NCBI GenBank assembly: GCA_028023455.1
Contig: JAQFVV010000001.1
Coordinates: 26,970,001-27,034,000 of the forward strand
From: Epiperipatus broadwayi
Taxonomy: Eukaryota; Animalia; Onychophora
Direction of reading: 5' to 3'
Length of the DNA: 64,000 bases
A program made the translations under genes and the position numbers. Shown in pieces: positions 27,237 through 39,169 of this stretch (position 1 is the first letter of the stretch; each line of letters begins with the position of its first letter). The notes below the pieces were generated by a model that did no database searches, was not told the DNA's origin, and was given only the letters and a program-made list of their open reading frames with translations.

Positions 27237-29966
27237 TATTTTATCTGTCTGTCTATTCATTTATTCATTTATACATATATGTATTTATGTACCATCTATC
27301 TACATATCTATGTATCTATCAATTTATCATATATATATATATATTATGCACACACAGAGCTTCATGATATTTCTTTCAAGGTAATATAAACCTAGGGTGA
27401 TAGATCGAATAGCTAATTTTTCACCCTCTTTATTAAAAAAATAATATATATATATATGCAAGTGTGTGTATGATTGAATGATAGGGCATGTATATATATT
27501 GTTAGCATTAAAATGCATTTCAGTTATATATTTGAAAAAAAAAATGTATTTTTTTTTTGTGTGTGTATATAGATTTTTTTCTAAAAATAAACAATAAAAA
27601 AATAAGTTGACTCATTTTTGCAATTAACAGATTTTACTTTTTGGATGGCTAAACATTCAGCTAAAATCAAGAATTTTATAAGTCTGTTATAGAACTTTTG
27701 GAAAAACACAATTCTGTTGGGATGCAAATTATTTCTTGTCTTTGGGCAATTAAGTTTTCTTACCTGATCTATGTTGATAAAGTTTTGCAGATTGGTGCAA
27801 ATTAAGAATTAGTCAACCAGTGTATTTTCTTTTCCAGCAAAAGTGAATCTGGGGAATTAATTAAAATATTTTTTTTTTGGAAAATATTAAATGAGAAGAA
27901 AAAATTCTAGAAATATAGCTGGAAGGGGTAGCTAAATATTATTTCTTGGTTTTGCTGAGTAAGATTTTTTTTTAGATTTGTAGGCCTATAAATACTGAAT
28001 TATAGTTTCCTTTTGATCTAATGTACCACTGAATATAAGCAGACATCATGCTAGTTTTTATGTATTACCATGATTTGTGAGTAGAAGCAAGTTAAGCCTT
28101 CCCCATGTCGGATGATATCCAGGAAAAGAGAGTGCATCTTTGGTGTTGGAGAAACCTATCCATTCCATGATGCTTCTGCAAAGAAAGGGGAGAATGTACC
28201 AGTTTTAAATCCAGTCCATTCCTGTTGTCCAGTAAATCATGAGCCTGCCCAGAACTTAAGTTTTAACCTGTAAAAAGATAGTTGCACCATCCTGCCTCAT
28301 CAAACAGCCTCCAATGCAAGTATGAACTCTTAACCCTTAAAGGTAAATATTTAAAATGCCTTCCATAAAACTCTATAATATATAAATTTAAATCCTTTAA
28401 ACTCATAACTATTCATCCAAAGGAAGGTGTAATTTAAAAAAGACCTTAATCTATATATAAGGGTAGTAACTCTTTTATAACAAATCAGTCTATGTCAGAA
28501 CTTAATTTCTAATTGTTAATGGTACAAAAGTCTATAAACTTTACAAATACAATTTATTATTTATTTTGAAATATGCCATGTCATTTTTTTCTTTAGTTGT
28601 AAAAATATATATTTTATTAATTAATTTTATCAATATTATATTGATATTCTAATATTTAATCAATTAATGCATAAATTGTTTGTTTTGTCTTCGATCTTTA
28701 GAGTGGAGAGTAATAATTATTTTATAACTTTAAAATAACAAGTGCAAGCTTGAATTTCTTAAATTATTCGTCCAAATCCTTGTTAGTTAAAATGTTGTCA
28801 TTTGTTTGTTTTTAAAAAAAAAGAAAATTAAATATCTGAATTAAAACTTGCAATCTACTTGTATATATGTAGTCAAACCAATACCTCATTAACAAAATTA
28901 AAAATAAATGAACGTTAAATCATTATTTAAGTCCACTGCTGATTTAGTTTATATTTGTTTGAAATTCTTTATGACAATTAAATGAAATAATCTATATGTG
29001 AGTTTATTTATGTATTAAAAGAAATGATCATGTTTTTTTTTCTTAAATGTAAAAAACGGGCAATATTATTTATTATGAAAGTATGTGTTCATCCTGCTAT
29101 ATTTATTTAATGATGCATACATCGAGGGGAAAAATACTCTGTCTCAGCAGACGTATCTTATTGCCTCCTTAGTGATTTGCTAAATAATCCACAATTAAGC
29201 TTTATATTTAGGCTCATGGTATTGTATAGTCTATAAAATATGGTTGTCTTGATTTTCACATCATTGCTTGTTTTATTAAATTTTAAATACAAGTTCAAAT
29301 ATCCATCCAAATATGAGTTAGTGTCTTTTGGCAAGTATATCAGTGTTACTTGGTAGAGTAATCTGTGCCTACATACTTCCAATAAAAATAGATATCTAGT
29401 AATACTATGCAAGCTGTCAGATGGATATTTTACCGGTACTGGAGGTAACCGTGTTTTTGAGCTGATAAATGGGTACTCTACGATGATAGTGATTCATAAC
29501 CCATGCTCCAGTTTCCTGCAGCATACCATGCTGAGGGCAGACGTGTCTACAAAGGAACATATATATATATCTTATTACTTGATAATGAAGATTGGTCTAT
29601 CCAGCCAATGCCTTTAATAATGTATTCAGCACAGAATTCAACCCCAGATACCACTGTCTTCTGTAATTAGGTTTATTAATCATGCCTGTTAGTAATGTTG
29701 TGTGGAATAGATAAACCGTGTCTATAATGTAATTGTTAATAATAAAGGGAGCTAGAATTATGCTTTGTTCTATAACTTCTGCTGGGATTAATAAAATAAA
29801 TATAATAATAAAAAATCCTTAACTTCCCTATGCATGTAAACATGCACATCAATTTGTTTATATATATATTTGGCCTCTAACTTAATAATATATAACTAGG
29901 TATTGAATCAACTCTTGACAATTGGCATATTTATTTATAGTGGCATATTTCATGGTCAAATTAATA

Positions 29967-30275
29967 TAGTTCATTTGTAATGCTCATACATGTATCATAC
30001 TGATACACAAATGTTGTTATCATTATTAACATATAGTTCCCTTGTAATGCTCATTCACGGATCACACTGATATCTAAATATTGTTGTCATTGTAACTTCT
30101 AGTTCATTTGTAATGCTCATACATGTAACATACTGATACATAAATGTTGTTTTCATTATTAACACACAGTTCCTTTGTAATTCTCATTCAAGTGTCATAT
30201 TGATATTTAAGTATTGTTGTAATTATTAGCATATATAATGCTCATACATGTATCATAATGAGATCCAAATATTAT
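29967..30275. repeat. Minisatellite with 66-67 bp unit in A-B-A-B-(A) order
   Basis: Units start at about 29967, 30034, 30100, 30167 and (partial) 30233. Alternate units are more alike than adjacent units. Confidence 0.85.
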
Positions 30276-30379
30276 CATTGTTATTCTATATCTTGTTGAA
30301 TTTGTTCTTAATAAATTATATGTATTTATGTTTATACATTGGTCATGTCTTTCCCTGGTTCACCACCTCCACCCAATTA

Positions 30380-30700
30380 TATCCACATTTAGTTAAGTGA
30401 TCTATGAGTCTATTCAAAACCCCTGAAGTATGTAAAAATGGTATTTTAAGCATTGTCAAAGTATTAGGTTCTTATGGAAGCTGGTGCTTATCTGATCAAT
30501 TAATTTAGTAACTAATTTATGACTGAAGCTGAGTTTGAATCCATAGAGTCCTTGTTTCACCCTGATCACTGTCACTGAAAGAAAATGATTACTATTAGTA
30601 GCATCAGAAGCATTAGTCAGATAGTGGAGATTTTGGAGCACTGGCAAATAGGTTAAAGCTTAGTACTGTTTTGCAACTACCATATCCAAATATGCTGGGT
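30380..30700 (-). mobile_element. Decayed LINE RT fragment
   Basis: Track ORF 30456-30647 contains HFLSVTVIRVKQG, resembling the GV(K/R)QG RT motif. Confidence 0.4.
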
Positions 30701-32217
30701 TTGATGTATTTTTGCTAAGTGTCTGAATCTTGTTGGCTGAATTTATAATTCTAACTGTTACAATATATATATATATGTATAGTAAGGGACTCATGATGTA
30801 GTGATTAGTTCACCTATCATACCTAAAATTCTGGGCTCTAATATTAATGAAATTTAGTGAAAGTTTTAGGTTGTTAAGTAAATTTTAAACTTTTTTAAAA
30901 AAACAATTGATATATAGACTAAACAGATATGATCAGTAAAAGGATATTTAAATATTTTATAGGTATAGGGTAAGCAAGTTATGAATCAGTTAGACTGATG
31001 GAAACATTTATTTTCAAGTTTGATTAAATATTGAAAGTGCCATTGATAGAAGTGAATTATTAAAGGCTCTTGTATTTGTTTTATTTGATTTTTTCTAAAG
31101 TAAACTTTCTTCATAAAAATTCAAAGAACATCAATGTTATGTCTAATTATAAAGTTCAGGTATATCATTCCAGTGAAAACAATCAATATTGCATCACTTA
31201 GAAATTTGAGACAGTGAAAATGGGTTCTGCTCTCCCATGAAAACCATGCTCAAGTAAACTATAAAATTTTATAAAAAGCTTTAGTATCTTAAGTAATTTA
31301 ATGCAAATAAAAAAAAAGATAAGTTAAAGATTCCTTGATGGGTTCCCTGCTAAATATGATATTGTGACCACATAATATCAAACTGAACAATATATTTATT
31401 GGTAATATAATCTTGCTATAATATTTTTAAATGAAAAACCAAAAAAGAACTAAATATGGTTTTTCAATCACTAGCTACTAACTAAAATTCCACAACTAAC
31501 ATTCCAAACATTATAAACATTCTTCAGATTATTCTTCAAACTGTAAGAGATGAATTTAGGATTAAAATAGATAAAGTATTATTTTAACTTTTAATTGTTC
31601 AACTATCAAACCTATAATATAATTTGATAACCAAAGCTATTGTCATAAAATGAAAAATAAAGTTGGAACAACTATATATCTCTTTTTAACACCAATTTTC
31701 TGCTACAACTATCTACCAATAGTGCTCATTCCCTTACTGATATATATATATATATTGGTTAAAAAAAAGTATAAGTTTAAAATGTTAAAATGATTTTAAT
31801 CTTTATAAATTAAAACGTTTCTCAGGAAATTAGGATTATAAATTTTATCTGATAAAGAAAACTAATTACACCCATAATTAGATTTTTTCTAATTAATGAT
31901 AATCTTTGGAATTTAGAAAATTGATTAATTAAACATATACTTTAGAAACAATAGCAGCTTATACTATAATTTCTCCCAAGATCTAAATCATCTTAATCAG
32001 ACTTACGTTCAAGAGCCGAGAAGGAAGGCAACATAATACATCCAGCATAAGAGCTAAAGCAGTCTAACAAGAGTATAAGAGTCAAGAAAGAAGGCAACAG
32101 AATATTGGCAACAGAAGAGTCTAATCCTATTATTGTACTCTATTGAAAGTCCAAAAGGGAGCCTCAGAGATTTAAAAGGTCTATGAACTTCTGTGTTATT
32201 TATTTTTTATTTGATTG

Positions 32218-33005
32218 TGTTATATCCGCACTTACGACTGTGCCAATGTTATAACTGCAAGTCATACTGTCCGGTCAGCAAATAACGTTCGCTACTGTTC
32301 AACTGCGTATGCTCTCCAACGAATGGTCTGCAACGAATGCTCTGAATATTCTCTGTATTCTCTGCAATGGATGCTCTCCAAATGAATGGTCTGCACTGAA
32401 TGCTCTGCCACGGATGCTCTCCAATGAATGGTCTGCACCGACTGCTCTCCATTTAATGATCTGCAAGCGGATGCTCTCCAAACGAATGGTCTGCAATGAT
32501 CTATTTCTACAGTTCACTAAAGTTCAATTCCCACGATGTTCTTTCAGGCTGGCTGCTATGAAACAGATCACAATGGGCCTACTTTAGCCCCAGTCCAGTG
32601 TAGCTGTACACAAACTCTTCGTAGTAAGCACTGTGACTGCCGTCAGCTATCTCCTACTGGAATTGAACAGTAACTCTGCTGTAGATGCACTCCATACTGT
32701 CTGCTACTCGCTACTGCATGACTGCTCTCTACTGCTCTCTATATTACACTGCTAGATGTTACCCAGTCTTCTTATCATTCTCTGACAACTGCAACGATCA
32801 ATCAATGCACTGACCAATAAGGTAACGTCTCTTATCTAGAAACATTTGTAATTAGCAAATATTTTTAGGAATTGTCGATCGCCATTACGTCAATGCACTA
32901 ATTAAATTCCTCAGCTATCAGAGCGCGATCTAAAAACAGCCTTTCGAATAAATTCTAGTTTTTTCTGGAGTGCACAAACATGTCTGCCATTTTACAAACA
33001 CTACA
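32218..33005. mobile_element. Solo LTR (788 bp), young
   Basis: TGT...ACA termini, perfect 5-bp TSD GATTG (32213-32217 and 33006-33010), CpG-rich, AATAAA at about 32947. It interrupts a repeat whose uninterrupted copy lies at 33240-33475. Confidence 0.85.
32308..32510. repeat. 14/28-bp tandem array inside the solo LTR
   Basis: Alternating ATGCTCTCCAA(C/T)GA and ATGGTCTGCAACGA monomers. Confidence 0.85.
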
Positions 33006-33239
33006 GATTGCTAAGAACCTTCATATTATTTATTGATTTGATTGGTGGTGTAACCTTGGCCACTTGCACCTAGCAACTCAATGTACTACAATTGAGAAAC
33101 CCTTGGAATTTCCAAGAATTTTTTAATTATTCCAAAAATAATTTTGTATGATCCTTCAAAGCATTAGGATATCCAGAATTATTTAAATGTCAAGATAAAT
33201 AGGTATCAAAAATTTGTAAATTATTAAAATCAGCCTAAT

Positions 33240-33660
33240 GATACAAGAACCAAGAAAGAAGGTAACAGATATTTCCAACAGAAGAGTCAAATCCCAATAC
33301 AATGCTCAACTGAAAGTCCAAAAGGGAGCTCAGAGATTTAAAAAGTCATATGAAACTTATTTTTATTATTTGATTGTTAAGAGCTTCTGTATTATTTATT
33401 TATTTATTTGATTGCTGGAATAGCCTCTCAGCCACTCATGTACAACAACTCAATATACTACACTTACCATAAAGTAAGTGTTGTATAAAGTAAGTAAACT
33501 CCACAGCCTGCCAAATAATTCCAAACATTGCACAAATATTCTTGATTAAGTGAATCAAATGCTGGGATTAAATCAATGAAAGCAATAAGTAAATATATCA
33601 TACAATTTTCTGATAAACTTTTTTTCCATATGTCTGATATTAAAATCAATCTGAATCTGT
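33240..33660 (-). mobile_element. LINE RT fragment; its distal part is locally duplicated at about 32060-32217 plus 33006-33090
   Basis: Track ORF 33464-33763 contains LIAFIDLIPAFDSLNQEYL (the FIDLxKAFDS RT motif). Nucleotide homology between the two copies is visible. Confidence 0.65.
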
Positions 33661-33763
33661 GAGTGTGCTCATCTATAATTATAACAAAATCAAAAAATTG
33701 TGCAAGGCATTTCTTGTTATTGTTGATTAATTTTATTCCATTTATTTTTATAAAGTGAAACAA

Positions 33764-34065
33764 TAAACATCACATGATCACCATTTCTTATGCTTTCTTA
33801 TAACTGTTATTAAAACAGATAAAACTCTCCATACAGTATTGCCACTCAGTGCAAGCCAGAATAATCATTAGATCCTAATATCTAGATGCAGTGCTCTCAG
33901 ATCCAAGGCTCCTCACTGATGAAGGCCACAAGCTAGAAACTAGTCTGGGGATATTGGATGAGTAGGCACTAGATGAGGATCTTATGCACAAACCTTCTGG
34001 CATCTATTTGATTACTCTGGCTTGCACTGAGTGGCAATACAGTATGGAGAGTTTGGCCTGTTTTA
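33764..34065 (+). mobile_element. Family A element: inverted 3' arm plus hammerhead-bearing sense arm, 14-bp TSD
   Basis: ATAAAGTGAAACAA at 33750-33763 and 34066-34079. About 33800-33866 is the reverse complement of about 34008-34065. Confidence 0.85.
33901..33960 (+). ncRNA. Type I hammerhead ribozyme-like motif, best-preserved family A copy
   Basis: Stem I UCCUCA/UGGGGA extended by AUCCAA/UUGGAU; CUGAUGA at 33916-33922; stem II GGC-CACAA-GCU; GAAAC; palindromic ACUAGU stem III; GUC cleavage triplet at 33943-33945. An unpaired A flanks each side of stem II, which is non-canonical. Confidence 0.7.
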
Positions 34066-34479
34066 ATAAAGTGAAACAAAATCATATAAAAATCAAATAA
34101 CATAATACCACGGATCCATATACTTTTAAGAAATTGCAATAAATTTGAAATGAACATTTTGCCAACTTATTTTAAATCAGAATTCCTTGTTTGAAAATTC
34201 AAATTGATAATATTAATGTTTAACAACTGTTAAAACTTAACATAAATAACAATTTCTACTAACAGTGACTAAAAAAAAATTATACTATTATGTTTGTGAT
34301 AGAACTCATTTTTAGATATAACAAATTTTAATCTTGGAAAATTTTAATTAGTATGATCTGAGCAACAATATGACCTTATATTTATATATTTTTTTCCTTC
34401 GAACACTTAATTATAACACAACATCACTATTGACTAGTAATATTCAAGTTTCTTGATAACAATATTAGAAAAACATTTT

Positions 34480-34900
34480 TATTATAATAGTCAAATCCAT
34501 GTTTTGTACAAAAATTTAATGAAAATAGATAGCCAATACCTATTCCTAAAAACTACTGGTTTACAATTTATATTTATTACCAATATGTACTTTAAACCTC
34601 TTTTTTTTTTGTAAGTCTGATGCGACAACACTATGTGATAAAAAACGAAAGCTCTCTTTAAACTTTTTGATATATCTAGAAATTCCATGAATAGGATATA
34701 TCAAGTTATATTTTATAGCAAATCCAATATCTTGCAATCTTCTTTCACTTAAAAAACTGCTTTTCTAAAAATATTACAATCATCAGTCTGTTAAAATTAA
34801 ATTTTCTTCTCTACAAAATGATTTTTACTAATATATTCTTTAACAATAGACTATATATCAACAACTGTATTAAATTACTTTTCTTATCATGACTATTTAT
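34480..34900 (-). mobile_element. CR1/L2-like LINE RT fragment
   Basis: Track ORF 34491-34688 begins FLDISKS (the FLDxSKAFD motif), followed by decayed RT-like sequence. Confidence 0.5.
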
Positions 34901-34923
34901 TTTACTTTGTCATCAGTTATAAG

Positions 34924-35120
34924 CAATAAACATCACATGATCACCATTTCTTATGCTTGATTAGTGCTCTCAGATCCAAGACTCCTCACTGATGAAGGCC
35001 ACAAGCCAAAAACTAGTCTGGGAATATTGGATAAGTAGGTACTAGATGGGGATTTTATGCACAAGCCTTCTGGTATCCATTGATCACTCTAGCTTGTTTT
35101 AATAACAGTTACAAGCAATT
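34924..35120 (+). mobile_element. Family A short repeat with hammerhead motif (core G mutated)
   Basis: Same terminus as the other copies. CTGATGA at 34989-34995, stem II GGC/GCC, AAAAAC instead of AGAAAC, GTC at 35016-35018. Confidence 0.8.
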
Positions 35121-35234
35121 GAATACTAAAGCTACTAACTCATTGAAGATTGTGAGTAAAAGTATCATACTGTTAAACATATCTCTGTCACTTTTTTCTC
35201 AATATTAACATTTTGGATTAATTTACATATACAT

Positions 35235-35444
35235 AATTACTCTTAGATATATAAATGTTCATACACTTATAAAGAAAATGCAGATATAACTCATTTTAAA
35301 AATTGGTTTTATTCATGTTGAGCATGCTTTCATACGGAATGTATCAAAAGTATGCTCAGCATAAATAAAGTCAATTTTTAAAACAACATAAGTCTACCTT
35401 TTCTTTATAAATGTCTAAACATTTATATGTCTAAGATTACAATT
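35235..35444. repeat. Foldback/MITE-like palindrome (about 100-bp arms, 5-nt loop GGAAT)
   Basis: cttagatatataaatgtt vs aacatttatatgtctaag; ttgagcatgctttcatac vs gtatcaaaagtatgctcag. Confidence 0.75.
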
Positions 35445-37665
35445 GCAAAGAAAAGAGATAATATATTTAAAAATATATACCTAATTATATAAAAAAAAGA
35501 GAGATAAATGATAATCAGAATGGCTGTGTAGGTAATTAAAAAATAAAAATGTAATCAGATAAACCATCCAATCTCACTGTCATAATTTGTACATAAAAAT
35601 AAATAATATATGTTATAAGAATCTTTTAAACATTCTAAATGACTTAAGTAAATGGAAAAAGAGAAAATAAAAGAAATATCAGAATAAACAATAGGAAGAA
35701 CTGATTGTGCCAGAAACAATAATCATATTTTATAAGGCACCTTAAGATATTCTTGAACAAGCACTGATTCTTGAGTAATTGCAATTAACTTACATATAAC
35801 AAGATCAAGTTATTACATTATACATTTACTGATAACTCTTTAGGTCTCTGGTTTCAGCATATATGCATATATAATGTATATCAAATATGGGATAAACTAG
35901 AATAAACAGGTAGATTAACTTAATTTAATAAAATGTAATAGCCAGACAATCAAATCAATGGTAATATTTATTTACAAGCCAATAATCAATCAATCAGGTA
36001 TTTCAAGACAAATATTTCATGACCTCAACATCACTCAGCAATTAGATAGTTAAGTTTCCAAGTTTTAAAAATGGCAGAGATTTGACACTATGGACACAGC
36101 AGGCAAATGTTCTACAACTATATTAGGAGGCATTTTATATATACACCAGATGCACCTGGCCTTGTAAAGGACTGTATATTTTTTATTGGTTGCTCTAACA
36201 ATTTTTTTTAAAGATTTGATGTAAATTAAACAGAAGATTTTAATTGGGAGAACAGCATAATACAAAAACTCCAGGCTTTTAGCCAGTTGTTTTTATAATA
36301 ATTGATTGCTTTAACAATTTTTTTTAAATATTTGACTTAAATTAAATAAAACATTTTAATATTATATAAATAAATTTCAGAATTTTAATAAAGCTAAATT
36401 AAAATTTACATTTTTAAATATATCTATTACATTTGCTAGATTTATGGCTTCAAATATATATTCACTGGAATGCCCTCTGAATAAAAAATTAAAACAATTT
36501 TTTTTTTGATTTTTCAATAGTGTCATGAGTAACCATAATAGATTTTTAACTTTATTAATAGTTATCATTTATTAATATCAGAATATAAAAATGCTGGCCA
36601 TTTTTATATTTTTTATTAAATATAATATTTGTAATATATTTTTTTAATTGGTTGTATTGACAATTTTAAGCCTTATATGTATTTATGTGATGACCATGTG
36701 CTTAATAAGAATTAATATTTACAACTTTAAATTGATTCAAAAATATTTCTAATTATAAGATTTAAATATTAACTTGCTGTGAATCAAAATATTTCACAAA
36801 TGTTAATTTCTAAACAAGTTACTGGATGTAATCAGTGAAGTATTTACTAGCTTCACACTTTAAAATCAAAATGCTTTGGATTTGCCTATATAATTAGAAA
36901 ATAGATTGAAGATAAGATGGCCATTCTTTTCTTTATAAAGTCATAATCTTGTATTAAGATTTATAGAGGTTGCTCTCTTGGTAAAATTAAGCACTCAAAA
37001 AGTGCACAGTATTAAGGTTAAAGCCTTATATGTATTTAAGACTTAATGTAAATATGTTTTTTTTATTAAAAATTGCTAATTTATAAAAGTTCATTACATT
37101 TTAAATTAACATTGCTAAATATGCTATTCATCTGAACTATGTTATGGGATTGACAGACTATGAAAGCATAGAGTTCTTTAATGTTGAATTATAAATTAGT
37201 ATTTATAGCTATTTCTGCAGCTGAATGGGAGCCTTTACTGCAAAATATATACTATATCTTCATAGTTAAAAACACTTGTACTGATTTTTTTTCTAGCATT
37301 TTTTTAATGTTAGAATTACTTCTTTTACATAAATTTAGTGTTGTGAACTTGGAATGCAACATCAAACAAACATTCATTTATCAATTAGGCAATAGAAAAA
37401 ACATGAATTATATATATATTTCATTTCTTAGTAAAGCTATCTAAAGCACTGCTTAAAGTAATCAAATACTTCTTAGTTGTCTTACTAAAATAAGTAATGC
37501 ATTGCTAAAGAATGAAATATATTTATATATAAATATGCATTACTATAAATAAAATTATACATACTTATATATAAATTATGTATATTTTTTAAAATAAATT
37601 AGTAAATCTTCACATGATGTTTAACTCTATAATAAATGCATTATCTATTTATTTTTTAATCTTAC

Positions 37666-37949
37666 CTCAATTCTAATGCTGTTTTCATTTTAATATCATA
37701 TACTTCAATTTCTAAAGGCACTGGCCAATGATACCCAGCACTATTAGGTTTTCCATTATTTACATGACATTGTGCCAAAAGAATTCCCCTGCACTCAGGA
37801 TGAATGTGAGGTAGGGTATAGGATGTAGATGTTGAAACTAAAGGTGCACTTGCAGCGCCATCTTCTGAAGATTGCCGAGAATTTCTTCTACTTTTTGTTA
37901 AATTACTAAAAAAATTTGTAATTGTTTGAAATCCTCCTACTCGTTCTTT
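37666..37949 (-). CDS. HECTD2: HECTD2-like E3 ubiquitin ligase, internal coding exon (KERVGGFQTITNFFSNLTK...KMKTALEL-R)
   Basis: Poly-T/cag acceptor at 37950-37951 and gtaag donor at 37664-37665; 284 nt, phase 0 to 2, no stop. Its terminal AG joins the leading A of the 11623-11725 exon to give KTALELRADIE, paralleling HECTD2 KTVKDFQEDVE as recalled. Confidence 0.8.
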
Positions 37950-39169
37950 CTGTAAAAAAAAAAAAAGCAATAAATAAAAAGTAATATATATTTAAAATAT
38001 ACATAAAGTTTAATTATATTTTTAATACTATTAAAACTATCATATAATAGATGATAATTAACAACTAAATAACAGTAGTAAAAAGTATAAATGTAAAATA
38101 AATTACAAAAAGAAATAGTATCAAGAACTTTGGTGTAACAATATGAGCACTGAAGAAACATATTTAGGGTTTTCCAGATTCCAGAGACCTTCATCTCTTT
38201 TTTCTAACCAACTCTGTAAATGCTAGAAATGAGTAATTCATATTCATGAAACTCACTGTGGTACCTTTTGTAAAATATTCAATATTATTTAATAAATTTA
38301 GTTATAGTGATACAAAATAAAAATGGATAAAAGAAAATGTAAATTAAACTAGGTTAAGAAATAAAAGTCTTGAATAGAGATAAAGAAATAGATGTATATA
38401 AACCCTGTAGATCTTAAAAGTAGATTATAGGAAAAATAAATTCCCAAAATAAATGAGTAGTTAGTATGCAAAATCTAGGAAGATAAGAAAATGTCATTGT
38501 ACAATAATTATTGATTTACAGGAAGATAATGAAATTCTAATTTTAATAATTGTTAAATTGATCAAACAGAACTAAAATAAAATTAAGTACTCTAGAAAAG
38601 AAGAGGAGTGAAAAGGAAAAAAGGAAAACAAAAGATGGGTGGTGTATAAATATCTAGAGGAAAAGGTCTATGTGTCTTTTGGCTACTGCCTGTGGGATGA
38701 GTCCACAAATGTCATCACAGTGGAGATCACCATCAGTGCACTGCATTCCCAGGATCTTGGCTCCTGTAAATGATCAAGCCAATTAGGACTTTAGCAGACC
38801 ACTCCAGTCTTATTATTATTTATGAATCACCTCAAGTCCTGCTGATCATAGTCTATATAGTATATATAAAGTATACTGTTCATTTAGTCAGTGTATAAAC
38901 ATTCTATTTAATTGTTTATTCATTATTTAATCTGATAAGTTACATTAACATAAGTTGGAACTCTATATGCATATGGAAGATTTAATTATTTAACTGTTTT
39001 AATTGCTAATAAATTGTTTAATACATAATACATACATTGTTGTCTATTAACTCAATGGTGTATACATTTGTTGGTCACCTAGTCATGGTCAAAGACACTG
39101 CAAATTAGTGGCACAGTTGTTTGAACTTAATGAAAAAAGTAGAAAGTGAAAATTATTAGTAAGTTTGTG

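Noticed and set aside
28170-28267. In-frame TGA read as selenocysteine (LKLKFWAGS*FTGQQEW)
   Set aside because: No selenoprotein motif or SECIS was recognised, and the frame ends at TAG soon after.
32308-32510. CRISPR-like array
   Set aside because: No unique spacers and no cas genes; eukaryotic LTR context.
32249-32587. Overlapping track ORFs in the LTR array
   Set aside because: They are open only because the tandem repeat lacks stops.
38670-39110. 5' LTR of the Gypsy element paired with 42860-43300
   Set aside because: No convincing direct-repeat similarity or TSD could be seen by eye.
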